The notes under the pieces were generated by a model. The model saw only the letters and a program-made list of their open reading frames with translations. It had not been told where the DNA came from and made no database searches. A stretch of DNA of 64,000 bases from Octopus sinensis (taxonomy: Eukaryota). Both the position numbers and the translations under genes were made by a program. This document shows, one piece after another, positions 38,931 through 51,235 of the stretch. The stretch spans positions 31,062,001 through 31,126,000 of the forward strand of contig NC_043017.1 in the NCBI RefSeq assembly GCF_006345805.1. Reading direction: 5' to 3'. Every line of letters begins with the position of its first letter. Positions within the stretch are counted from its first letter, which is position 1.

Positions 38931-39338
38931 CATATTAGAGGGAAACTACTATGTGGACACCCTTATGCTAGAAATAGATCCGCTTTGGTCTTACCACTAA
39001 GAAATGTTCTCAAGACAACAAAAACGTAATCGAGCAAGACAAAAGAAAAAGCAATAAAAAATATGGATTATTCGCATACATGTTTCACTATTAACATATT
39101 ACGTAATTTATGTAAGCAAAACTACGGACATTTACGTAAGTAAAATTATGTAATATGTTAATAGTGAAACATGTATGGAATAATCCATATTTTTATTGCT
39201 CTTTCTTTTCTTTTCTTTTGCTCGATTACGTTTTGGGTGTTTTGCTAAATTTGTCTTGAGAACATTTCTTAGTGGTAAGACCATAGCGGATCTATTTCTA
39301 GAATAAGGTTGTCCACATAGTGGTTTCCCTCTAATATG
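38931..39338. mobile_element. Foldback MITE (P2), about 175-bp arms
   Basis: Termini catattagagggaaac and gtttccctctaatatg; long near-perfect arms; TA on the left flank. Confidence 0.9.
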
Positions 39339-39476
39339 TTACCAACCACATGGTTCCGGGTTCAGTCCCACTGCGTAGCACCTTGGGTAAGTGTCTTCTA
39401 CTATAGCCTCGGGCCGACCAAATCCTTGTGAGTGGATTTGGTGGAGGGAAACTGAAAGAAGCCCGTCGTATATATG

Positions 39477-39543
<67 letters not shown>

Positions 39544-40176
39544 ATATATGTGCGTGTGTGTTTTTGTGTCTGTGTTTGTCCCCCTAGCATTGCTTGACAA
39601 CCGATGCTGGTGTGTTTATGTCCCCGTTACTTAGCGTTTCGGTAAAAGAGATCGATAGAATAAGTACTGGGCTTACAATGAATAAGTCCCGGGGTCCAGT
39701 TGCTCGATTAAAGGCGGTGCTCCAGCATGGCCGCAGTCAAATGACTGAAACAAGTAAAAGTGTAAAAGAGTATATATATATATATATATATATATATAGG
39801 TATGTGTGTGTATATGTTTGCGTGTCTGTGTTTGTTCCCACAACATCGCTTGACTACCGATGCTGGTGTGTTTACGTCCCCGTAACTTAGCGATCCGTCA
39901 AACGCGACTGATAGTATAAGTACTAGGCTTCCAAAGAATAAGTCCTGTGTGTATGCGCCCGCGTTTGTTCGTGTTTGTGTACATATGTGTGTGTGTTTGT
40001 TTGTCCTCCCACCCCACCTACCACTTGACAACCGATGTTGTTGTTTTACGTCCCCATAACTTTGAGGTTCGTCAAAAGTGCTCGAAAGAATTAGTCCTGG
40101 TGTTGATTTGTTTTACTAAAGGCAGTGCTCCAGCATGGCCGCAGTCAAATGACTTAAATAAGTAAAAGAATAAAAG
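39339..40176 (+). mobile_element. SINE family A cluster: one near-full copy (39339-39770) and two 3' partial copies
   Basis: The tail module acaaccgatgctggtg..aataagt..gcatggccgcagtcaaatgac recurs. Confidence 0.85.
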
Positions 40177-40740
40177 AACATTTATACAAATATACCTATA
40201 TCTCTCTCGCTGTTTATCGTACTCTGTATATAATTATACATTTAGATATATACCTTGTGCGCGAGTGTATGTAACTATGTTAATAAAAATATATTCCCAT
40301 ATCTTTGTACGGACAAATATTGCAAAACCAAAAAAATATTAAGCAGTAATTCAATACTTAGTCTTAATTTTTTATGTATGACTAGCTACAGATCTATTTC
40401 TTACTTAATCTGATCAGAATTCATTAAACATTCATTGTCCAAACAGATCTGTATTTCCTTCCTTGGTGTGAAGAAAATGGGTTGCTGTCAACCGGTACAA
40501 TGTTTAGAATAGTTGCTTTGTTTGAGAAAATTACGGTGGTATATATCTCAAGAACAAACTGTCGGTTAAAAGTATTAAAGTTTCATTGAAAACCAAGCAG
40601 ATACTATCAGGCTAAGAGAAATAAAACTGTACGCTTTCTCAAACTTCGTATCTACTTTGACTTTTGAGTAACTACAACATTCCCAAATATCCCCGCTTCA
40701 AAAATCCAAGAATACTTGAGATTTTTGTATAATGTGATTG

Positions 40741-40899
40741 AGCGGCTGTGTGGTCAGTAGCTTGCCTACCAACCACATGGTTCTGGGTTCAGTCCCACTG
40801 CATTGCACCTTGGGCAAGTGTCTCCTACTATAGCCTCGGGGCGACCAAAGCTTTGTGAGTAGATTTGGTAGACGGAAACTGAAAGAAGGCCGTCGTATT

Positions 40900-40974
<75 letters not shown>

Positions 40975-41130
40975 GTGTGTGTGTGTCTGTGTCTGTGTTT
41001 GTGTATCTGTGTTTGTCCCCCAACATCGCTTGACAACCGATGCTGGTGTGTTTACGTCCCCTTAACTTAGCGGACCGGCAAAAGAGACCGATAGAATAAG
41101 TACTAGGCTTACAAAGAATAAGTCTTGGGG
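40741..41130 (+). mobile_element. SINE family A
   Basis: Head and body present; tail clipped at ggggtagat. Confidence 0.88.
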
Positions 41131-41134
41131 TAGA

Positions 41135-41700
41135 TATCTCCCTCTTCGTAAGCAGTTGTCCGAAAATGTCATCACGGTATAATCCACCAATGAGACGTTA
41201 CCTTGTAGCCAGGACTCGGTATAATGAGATCCGTCGAAAGAATGACCCTAAGGACTAAGAAATAAGACCCTCACAGTATGGCGGAAGCCAGAGCCACTCA
41301 TAATAACGAGGAATTTTGCTAGAATATTCCAGTGAAAATTTCACAAACATGTAGACGCAAGAGACGTGACATAATGATTTGGGATAGAGAAGAGAAACTG
41401 TGTACAGTTGTGAATATCAGATGCCAAGCGGATGTTAACATAAAGCAGAAGGCCAGTCAAAAGAAAATACATACACTGAACGATTGAGAAATTTGTAGTT
41501 GCTCTATCCAGATTACAAGTTCGGGTTTAGACCTTTAAATATTGGGGCACTGTGATACGTAACACGATACCTAAATAACGATCCAGTGGAATTAGGCTTC
41601 TCAACACCAGAAAGAAGAAAGCTAATTCAAAGACTACCGATCCAGTCCATCACTGGAACTGTAAAAATCTGTAAAACTTACCAGAAATTTATCATTAAAG
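41135..41700 (+). mobile_element. Degenerate restriction-like-endonuclease non-LTR retrotransposon 3' end (R4-like, family 2)
   Basis: DISLFVSSCPKMSSRY..; RDIMIWDREEKLCTVV; YPDYKF..IGAL; QSITGTVKICKT. These are decayed zinc-knuckle/RHD and PD-D endonuclease motifs. Confidence 0.7.
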
Positions 41701-41849
41701 TATATATGAACGTATCCAGATAGGCAATTATATGCATGAGCTGACATATATGAAACAAAACATACAAATTTCTATGTATACATCCATCCATACGTACATA
41801 CATCCCAAAATGCCTTTGAATGTCGCATCATATTACTTCGGCAACATCT

Positions 41850-42182
41850 TTTAACCACCAAGTGTCGAAGTGCATCCCTTGGCCAAGTTTGCATAACATC
41901 ATGAGGCTTATAACATCATAAGACTTGGAAGGCAGCTCCTTGAGCAACATTCCTTATCTGATACCTAGAATACATGCCCAAAGATGTCGCTCGACTCTGC
42001 CGCAACGTATCATCAGATGAAAGAATGAGCGTATATCAGCAGAAGACCATGCATGGATATGTCAGTAGAAAGTTCCGAGATGATAGTAACATCGATCATC
42101 AAAGCAGTCTTTCATGGACCAACTGCCGGATTACTACCTCCCACTTTGAAAGGTATGCGTTTGCTATCCCGGAACACGAAAT
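41850..42182 (+). mobile_element. Second fragment of R4-like family 2 (region before the zinc knuckle)
   Basis: ORF 41974-42270: YQQKTMHGY..SSLSWT..SHFERYAFAIPEHEI, homologous to WQEKPLHG..WL..ETEGFLIAAQDQSL. Confidence 0.7.
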
Positions 42183-42194
42183 ATTATTATTATT

Positions 42195-42537
42195 CAGTAG
42201 TTTTATTTTTATAGCGTGCTTTCACTTCACTACCGAGCGCAGCTCTGTGTGCCTTGGGTATGTACTGTGATTTGTTGTGATTCTCTGATGGTTATTGTAT
42301 GGAAAGTGTTCTGCGTAGGATGTGTGCAGTGCCTAGTAGTGCAATTTTCTGTATGTTATATGTGTTTGTAAGTCCTGGTGTTTTTGTTATGTATTTGTCT
42401 GAATATTTTTTTATCATGCCTAATGCACCTACTATGATAGGAATTGTTTCTGTTTTTAGATTCCACATTCTGGTTACCTCTATTTCCAGGTCTTTGTATT
42501 TTGAGAGTTTCTCCATTTCTTTTAGAGACACGTTGTC
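42195..42537 (-). mobile_element. Dong/R4-type LINE, 5'-truncated 3' fragment
   Basis: KEMEKLSKYKDLEIEVTRMWNLKTETIPIIVGALG..QKIALLGTAHILRRTL plus 3' UTR; (TAA)n on both flanks. Confidence 0.9.
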
Positions 42538-42733
<196 letters not shown>

Positions 42734-42735
<2 letters not shown>

Positions 42736-42804
42736 CATCGAAAAATACCTTAGGAATGAGAACCCAGGTTCGAAATTTCCCGAAGACACCTGATGAAGGC
42801 TGGA
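42734..42804 (+). mobile_element. Truncated Penelope-like terminal repeat with half a hammerhead core
   Basis: ..gaagacacCTGATGAAggctgga, then unrelated sequence; GAAA half missing. Confidence 0.45.
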
Positions 42805-43230
42805 TCTCTGCATGTTGTGGGGACGTGCAATATTTTGTGCTCTTATTGAGATTTCCGATTGCATGTAAAGTATTTACTCAACGTAAAATATATGCAGCAT
42901 TTTCTTTCTGCTTCGTTGTGTCGTTGTGTGTTAGTGTAAATCTTATATTTATCATGAGTATACCACTTGTCTGCATCTTTTTATTAATTCGTAATCGCCT
43001 ATGTCGCTCTGCTATAAACTGTAACCCTTTCCCTCCTCTGGTGCGTGTATGGCTGTCATAAAAAGTACTGATTTATCTTAATGTAGTGATGTTGAATTCA
43101 GATCTTAATCCAGATTTTGATTAATGCATATATTCCTTTAATCACTGAATTCCATATAGTTCTAACCCGATTTAACAGCAGAGCTGAAACTTAACGTGAT
43201 GTCGTGAGTGAATTATGGGAGGTTTGCAAA

Positions 43231-43390
43231 GTGTCTCTCAAAATATACCATTTTCTTTCACATTTCGATTTTTCCCAAGCAAATCTTGATAAAGCGCGTG
43301 ACTAGAATGGTCTGTATTTCAATGAAAATATTTCTGTCATAGAAAGATATCAAAGAAACTTCAACCCAAACGTGAACAGTGATTATTGTC
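43231..43390 (+). pseudogene. Chapaev3-like (CMC) transposase C-terminal relic
   Basis: Allowing small frameshifts, VSLKIYHFLSHFDFF..ANLDKARD*NGLYFNENISVIERYQRNFNPNVNSDYC parallels MSLKIHFLHSHLDFFPENLGAVSDEHGERFHQDISVMEKRYQG..DYC. Confidence 0.65.
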
Positions 43391-43849
43391 CGTTTACATT
43401 ATAAGATTGTGTTTAATCTCGTACGAGAGCACGGAGAACAATGCAGATCTTAGAATGGATGATTTGGTAAATATGTAGTAACTAACAGTGAATATATACA
43501 GTCTGTCCTACATGCCGTAAAAATTCACAGGCAGCTCTTCTCTATAGCATTTCAACAAAGATGGTTCAAGATTCTTTGAAATCTAGTTGGCACAATTTAA
43601 ACTGCCGTAATAAAAGGAATATTTGTATTATCAAGTAAAATCTGATTGGTTAATACACTAACATGGCTGAGTCTTATATCCGGCGCTGGATTTAACGAAG
43701 CAAGGGAAAGTATTTACACGACGCACTATGATTACTGTTACGCGAGGTTAAACCCTCTCCGCCCGCGGCTCACAGTGAACTGCTTCCTCTGAACTGCGGA
43801 CAGTTCTTTATTCTATAGCAATGTGTCAATCTGCTTTTAGTCTCTTGGG

Positions 43850-45560
43850 GTGTGCAAAGGGAAATAGATGAATAGGAATCATTAAAAATGCAGACGAAAA
43901 CAATTAAAAGGCCCAACATTTGTACATGTACACAACATAGGATAACAAAAATACCTTCTTCAGATGCAAGGAAAACTAATACAAATAGCCACAAAGCACG
44001 AACAAAACAAAATACTGTTTTCAGTCTTTAACGAAGCTGGCAAATACAAAAATGAAGTCATAGTACCTAACAACTATGACAAAAAGAAAAAAAACCAAAA
44101 GCTGTTAAACAACTGAAATCCGAAACGAACGTGATAAAACGATGGCAATAAAAGACCCTTCATGGCAAATATTGGGTTAAACTAAACAGCAAAGAAATAC
44201 ACAAAGCAAAATCCCAACAATGGCTGAGAAGCCCAGGACTCAAAGCAGAGAGACTGAAGGATTTTTAATTGTAGCACAAGACCTAAACCTCACCACCAAA
44301 CATTACCAAAAACATGTAATGAAAATAAACATGGAGTGGTTGTGTGGTAAGTAGCTTGCTAACCAACCACATGGTTCTGGGTTCAGTCCCACTGCGTGGC
44401 ATCTTGGGCAAGTGTCTTCTGCTATAGCCCCGGGCCGACCAATGCCTTGTGAGTGGATTTGGTAGACGGAAACTGAAAGAAGCCCATCGTATATATGTAT
44501 ATATATATATGTATGTGTGTGTGTTTGTGTGTATGTGTTTGTCCCCCTAGCATTGCTTGACAACCGATGCTGGTGTGTTTACGTCCCCGTCACATAGCGT
44601 TTCGGCAAAAGAGACCGATAGAATAAGTACTGGGCTTACAAAGAATAAGTCCTGGGATCGAGTTTTTCGATTAAAGGCGGTGCTCCAACATGGCCGCAGT
44701 CAAATGACTGAAACAAGTAAAAGAGTAAAGAGTATAACAGGTAACTGCAGAAAATGTGCAGATGAACAAGAAATAATAAACCATATTGTCTCTGGCTGCT
44801 CATTCCTGGCTAAGAAGGAAAATATTCACAGACACGATAGACTTGGGATCTATAAACAATACAACCTATGCCAGCACCATGGAATAACAACAGAAAATAG
44901 ATGAAATAGGCACACGCCAGAAAAGATCACAGAAAATGAGAAAGCAATGATACTATGGGATATACCAATACACACACATAGAGTAGACCAGATATAGTTG
45001 TTAGAGATCATGAAGAAAAAATGCTTTCTCATCGATGTATCAATAGCAAAAGATGACAAGGTTTCTCCGAAAGAAATGGTGAAACTCTCGAAATACAAAG
45101 ACCTAGAAACAGAGGAACTCGAGTGTGGAGTCTAAAAACAGAAACAATCCCTATCATAGTAGACGCATTAGGTATGATAAAATATTCAGACAAATACATA
45201 ACAAAAACAACAGGTGAAACAAGTTAAGTTAATTTTTTGGCTCAAAAAGCAAAAAGCAAGGCCATGTAGGGGGACATGGAGTTATGTACAAGGAGGGTGT
45301 TCATGCAAATAGTTCAGGCCATTTCTGGTCAAGAGACACTTTGAACCTAGCGGTCGTCGGCATCTTCACTATCTCGTCCGACAGCTTATTCCACGGTATA
45401 ATGCAACGCAACATGCAGAAAATAGCACCACTAGGCACCGCACACATAGAATGAAAAATACTTGCAGCACAGTAACCATAAGAGCATCACAGCAAACCAC
45501 AGCACATACCCAAGGCACACAGAGCTTCAATCGGTAGTGAAGTGAAACACGTTATAATAA
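43850..45560 (+). mobile_element. Older Dong/R4-type LINE 3' portion, interrupted by a SINE and a ~170-bp insert
   Basis: Homologous to the reverse complement of 49616-50568 (WLRSPGLKAE, CRKCADEQEIINHIVSGC, HRHD, KLSKYKDL, same 3' UTR); frameshifted. Confidence 0.85.
44331..44732 (+). mobile_element. SINE family A nested in the Dong/R4 LINE
   Basis: Splits the LINE between gtaatgaaaataaac and ataacaggtaactgc, which are contiguous in the 50.2-50.3 kb copy. Confidence 0.92.
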
Positions 45561-46144
45561 TACTTTTAGCAAAGATATAAGGATATAAAATGTTCGTGGG
45601 AAGGAATGTTAATTAAGTCTTGGGAATATTTTAGTTGAAATATGGTCTGTCGATATTGCAAGGGTGAATTGTAAGATTTGGCTTCGGCTGGATTTGAGCA
45701 AACAATGTAAAGAAGCGGAAGATTCACAAACATTTTGTCTAAATACTATTTACTTACTTGTCACCGAATTTTTGCCGTATATTATTCGTTTGATAGGTCT
45801 ACAGTGTTACATATTGCTGTTATAAAAAAAATGTCAACACGGTATTTGTTTCTTCAACGGAAGAAGCATATTACTTGCATAATAATAAAATGTGAAAATG
45901 CATTTTGTATTCTTATATGTGTGTGTGTGTGTGCGCGTGTGCTTGCGTATGTGTGTGTCTATGTGTAACAGAAAACACATGTACACGTAGAAATTCATAG
46001 CATTCCACAGAAACACACACATTTACGTCATACATGTAAAATCTTGAAGAAAATTTCAAATAATAAGAAAATATCATATGCATCTTAGTAAAGAGTAAAA
46101 ACTACTTTTAACAATATATGTGTGGGTCTGCAAGTTCGTATGCC

Positions 46145-46365
<221 letters not shown>

Positions 46366-46939
46366 AAATATAAAATTTAATAGAACAATAAGTGAACAGA
46401 TAAATAATAATACAAAATAGTTAATACATTTATTAGAAAAATAAATATTTCATGACAATATTCAAAGCACAAATTGTTATTTATATTTATATTATATGTA
46501 TATATCACTAGATTTTAGAAATATTTCATTTATATATTTCCTTTTTATTTCTTCACAAGTTTTAAAATATCAAACAAACAAAGAATTATACTAACGGAAG
46601 GCCGCAAACAAAAGTGTTTAAAAATAGTTAAAATCCACGAAAACTTAGAATACAAAAAAAAATTCAATTTGATATTTCCTATAATGTTTTTTACAATTGC
46701 AAAATTTTATTTATTTATTTATTAATATTTCCCTGATTAAAATTTAACTCAGATTCTACAATATTCCTCTTTTAGTTCTTTAAATTGTTATCACAGAAAT
46801 AAAAATATATTCATGCCATATCCACACAAATTTCTGTTAATGCAGATTTCAAATGATAATTCTAATGTGAAAAAGAATATCTTTATAACTTTGAGATGTC
46901 CATGTGCTTGTTGATGGCTTTTCTTATCTCTGTACAGTT

Positions 46940-47020
46940 ACATAGATAGATAGATGAAATATTGGATGGATGAATGGGTGGTCAGACGGATCGATGCCTG
47001 AATAAATAATTAGATAGCTG

Positions 47021-47071
<51 letters not shown>

Positions 47072-47166
47072 GAAAGAATGGATGGATGAATGGGTAGTTA
47101 GACGGATGGATCAGTGAATGGATAATTACATAGATAGAATCGAAAGATTGATAGATACATAGATAG

Positions 47167-47218
<52 letters not shown>
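46940..47218. repeat. (AGAT)n/(GGAT)n/(AG)n microsatellite
   Basis: Direct reading. Confidence 0.92.
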
Positions 47219-47220
<2 letters not shown>

Positions 47221-47514
47221 ATTTTTACTTGTCCTTCAAAGCACCATTATTACATCGGTCATCGAACGTGTCAAAATCAACAACAGTTCCAGGAAGTTAT
47301 TTTAATATCAAAAACAGCATGACACTGCAAATGCAGATTGGCAATCCATGGGAAATTTTCTGGAAGAATATTTCTACACTCGGTAAGAAAAATCAGTCTT
47401 GAAATTGCATTTTTCAATCGCAAGCTCAATTTTTTCTCTTGCAATGGGGAATGCATTTTTAGTCACCAATCAAAGTACATCACCCATTTTCTAATTTAAC
47501 ATTTGAGCGTAAGA

Positions 47515-47818
47515 CCGTGGTTCTCAACCATTTTAAATTTATGCGTTTTTTGGATTACTATTCTATTCTGGAGGACCCTCATAGACATCCGATGTTTAAA
47601 ACCCTAGTGTTTTTACTTCTTTAAAAATTCCTATTTTTTCTTCACATATTAAATTGTGTACTTTAAACGAAAAAAGACTTCTTGCAAAGTATACATCAAA
47701 TGTATAATTGTTCTCATGGACCCTTAATGTACTGCAATGGATCCCAGATTTACTATTTTGTTCGCATGGACCTCAAAATTGTAAACAGACTCCAGGGGAC
47801 TTCAGTTGCGAATCACTG
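47515..47818. mobile_element. hAT (Charlie/Buster-type) MITE
   Basis: TIRs ccgtggttctcaac and gttgcgaatcactg; the 8-bp flanks gcgtaaga and atctaggg both have a central TA but have diverged. Confidence 0.7.
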
Positions 47819-48180
47819 ATCTAGGGCTTAGTTTTTTGGAATTTAGCAACATCAACGGTTGGTATCTATGATGGATGCATGTTTTGCTATTGATGACTTT
47901 TGGGTGAAATCGTTGAAGTTTGAGAACCTCAAACGATATTCGAAGTAGATTTTTTAGAAGCAGACCAAAGCAGTTTCGGTTGTAGTCATGAGGCCTGTTT
48001 AGAAACTTTCTGAAACGCTTTCTAAAACTGGGGTTTTTTTTTGTTTTTTTTTACGAAAGTGTAACTTCGTTGCATCGCTAGAAAGTGAATCTTTTTCATA
48101 GGCCAGGGATTTCAGATATAGTAATTTAGATTGCATGTATAATTAAAAGACATGTTGTAAACCATTGTTACGTAGCAGTT

Positions 48181-48511
48181 TCTTTTTATTTCGTTTTCGG
48201 ATTTGGTTTGCAAGATAATTTATATGAGTTCGTGTATTGAAGCATATTCTATTGTGTCTGAGGAGAGTCATTTTCTTTTTGTGCCTTATTATGTAACACA
48301 GTCACCGGTAAAATTACCACTTTTGTCTTATTGTTATTGTCCTAAAATTTTCGTTGAGTCTTGCAACCTTTTCGATAGTCTAAACTATTGAAAAGGTTGC
48401 AAGACGCAACAAAATTTTAGGAAAATAAAAATAAGAAAAAAGTGGAAATTTTATCGGTGACTGTGTTACATAATAAGGCACAAAAAGAAAATGACTTCCC
48501 AGAAACAACAG
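48181..48511. mobile_element. Foldback family P1, second copy
   Basis: Homologous to 10750-11108 with the opposite arm truncated. Confidence 0.85.
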
Positions 48512-48714
48512 TTTCTTTTTAGCTTACTGAAAATACTGAAACGATTAACACATTTTGATGTTTAATTCAAACTCTAAAACTAATAAATGTTTGCTATCGT
48601 CCCTAATTCGATCCTTATACAACATAATTAGTCGATACAATTGAATTCAATATGTAACTAAGCTGTTTTGCTATTTGCTAACGATGATACGTTAAAAAAC
48701 ATTTTATTGCCAAG

Positions 48715-48830
48715 TTTGCCTTTCAACTTTTTGAGTTCGATAAAATAAGTACCACATGAACACTAGTGGGATGTAATGGGCTTATCCCCTCCACGGAATT
48801 GCTGGCCTTGTGTCAAAAATTGAAACCATT
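48715..48830 (+). mobile_element. Diverged SINE family B fragment
   Basis: gcctttcaactttttgagttcgataaaataagtacc. Confidence 0.65.
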
Positions 48831-48840
48831 ATTATTGTTG

Positions 48841-48886
<46 letters not shown>

Positions 48887-48894
48887 CATCATCA

Positions 48895-48935
<41 letters not shown>

Positions 48936-49478
48936 GAGTGAGAGAGCAGTTCATGCCATCAAAGTGACACTGGGGTAAAATATACGAAGCCCAAAATAGC
49001 CATCATGACTACCCGTCTGATAACGGTACACCAGGCACATGCATCACAACCATATGTGCGCGACATGGTGATCTCATATCAAGATAAACAGCACATGACC
49101 TTGCAGGTGGGGCCCAGTTAGAATTTTCTTCAGGTTGAGTAGCCCATCCCGCTCAAACGGTCCCTGAATAAGGGTTGTTTAAGGATGTTGAAAGAACCAC
49201 CCATGTTTCCAGAGGTGAACTATTCAAACCCCAAAGAATCCCTCTCAACACATGGCTATGATGCTCCCCCACTACTTCTGCTCGTGATCAGAGATGCACA
49301 TATCGTCAGCCACTAAGGGACATGCTCAACTGGTTAAGGTCAAACAACTGACAAGCAAATCTGTGGTATTGAGCAGAATATTTGCTGTAGCCCATCTTTC
49401 ATACCAAGACAAAACAATGTATATGATAACACTTCCAATCAGTTAAGATCAGAAGCCATGAGAGCCACTGCCTGGTAC
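48936..49478 (-). mobile_element. Unclassified ~545-bp non-coding repeat (family G) embedded in (TAA)n
   Basis: Copies at 50621-51080 and 55105-55265; (TAT)n on both flanks; no ORF, TIR or clear tRNA head. Strand is inferred. Confidence 0.75.
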
Positions 49479-49557
49479 TATTATTATTATTATTATTATT
49501 ATTATCATCATCATCATTATAATAATAATAATAATTATTATTATTATTATTATTATA

Positions 49558-49615
<58 letters not shown>

Positions 49616-49618
<3 letters not shown>

Positions 49619-50567
49619 TAGTTTTATTTTTATAGCGTGCTTTCACTTCACTACCGAGCACAGCTCTGTGTGCCTTGGGTATGTGCTGTGATTTGTTGTG
49701 ATGCTCTGATGGTATTGTATGGAAAGTGTTCTGCGTAGGATGTGTGCAGTGCCTAGTAGTGCAATTTTCTGTATGTTATATGTGTTTGTAAGTCCTGGTG
49801 TTTTTGTTATGTATTTGTCTGAATATTTTTTTATCATGCCTAATGCACCTACTATGATAGGAATTGTTTCTGTTTTCAGATTCCACATTCTAGTTACCTC
49901 TATTTCCAGGTCTTTGTATTTTGAGAGTTTCTCCATTTCTTTTAGAGACACGTTGTCATCAGCCGGTATTGATACATCAAGTAGAAAGCATTTTTTTCTT
50001 CATGATCTCTGACAACTATATCTGGTCTGTTGGCCTTAATTTCTCTATCTGTGTGTATCGGCATATCCCAGAGTATGGTTGCTTTCTCGTTTTCTGTGAC
50101 CTTTTCTGGTGTGTGCCTATACCATCTTTTTTCTGTTGTTATTCCATAATGTTGGCATAACTTCCAATGTATGTAGGTTCCAACTCTGTCATGTCTGTGT
50201 ATATATTCCTTCTTAGCCAAGACTGGGCAGCTAGAGATAATATGTCCATCTCCACATATTCTGCAGTTACTTGTAATATTTCTTTTCATTACATGTTTTT
50301 GGTAATTTCTGGTGGGGAGGCTTTGGTCTTGTGCTGCAATTAAAAATCCCTCTGTTTCTGCTTTGAGTCCTGAGCTTCTCAACCATTGCTGGGATTTTTC
50401 TTTGTCTATTTCTTTTGCGTTTAGTTAAGTCCAGTATTTACCATGAAGGGGCTTTTCTTGCCATCGTTTTATCATGGTTCGTTGCTGTTCTATTTTTAGT
50501 TTGGATTTCATTTGTTTTATAGCTTTTGTTGTTTCTTCATCTTCTTCTTCTTCATGTTTATTAGGTG

Positions 50568-50568
<1 letters not shown>
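49616..50568 (-). mobile_element. Dong/R4-type LINE 3' fragment (zinc knuckle plus restriction-like endonuclease)
   Basis: RWQEKPLHGKYW; GLKAETEGFLIAAQDQ; CRICG..HIISSC; HRHDRV; NRPDIVVRD; EKLSKYKDL. A deletion in the zinc-knuckle spacer and frameshifts make it non-functional; (TAA)n on both flanks. Confidence 0.92.
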
Positions 50569-50610
<42 letters not shown>

Positions 50611-50620
50611 CATTATTATT

Positions 50621-51079
50621 AAGTGAGAGAGCAGTGCATGCTATCAAAGTAATACTAGGGTACAAATATACGAAGCCCAGTATACCCATCAGGACTACTC
50701 CTCTGATAAGGGTACATCAGACACAAGCATCACAACCATATGTATGCAACAATGTAATCTTATATCAAAATTAACAGCGCATGACCTTGCAGCTGGGGCC
50801 CAGCTAATATTTTCTTCGAGTTGCCCATTCCACTGAGTTGTTTGAGAATGTTGAACAAAACACCCATTTCTCCACAAGTGAATTATCCAAATGCCAAGGA
50901 ATTCTTCTCAACATATGGCTGAGGTTCTTCCCCATTACTTCTGCTCTTGATCAGAGATGCACATATCGTCAGCCACTAAGGGACACGCTCAACTGGTTAA
51001 GGTCAAGCAATTGACATGCAGATATGTGGTAGTAAGCAGAACGTTTGCTGTAGCCCATCTTTTATACAGCACAAAACAG

Positions 51080-51080
<1 letters not shown>
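50621..51080 (-). mobile_element. Family G, second copy
   Basis: Aligns with 48936-49420 with small deletions; embedded in (TAT)n. Confidence 0.75.
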
Positions 51081-51210
<130 letters not shown>

Positions 51211-51235
51211 TAAAAGAAATGAATAAAATCGTTTA

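Noticed and set aside
49440-49480. Faint 5S rRNA-like motif at the end of family G (gatcagaagcca..gcctggtact)
   Set aside because: Short and gapped, with no box C or 5S 5' region; probably chance.
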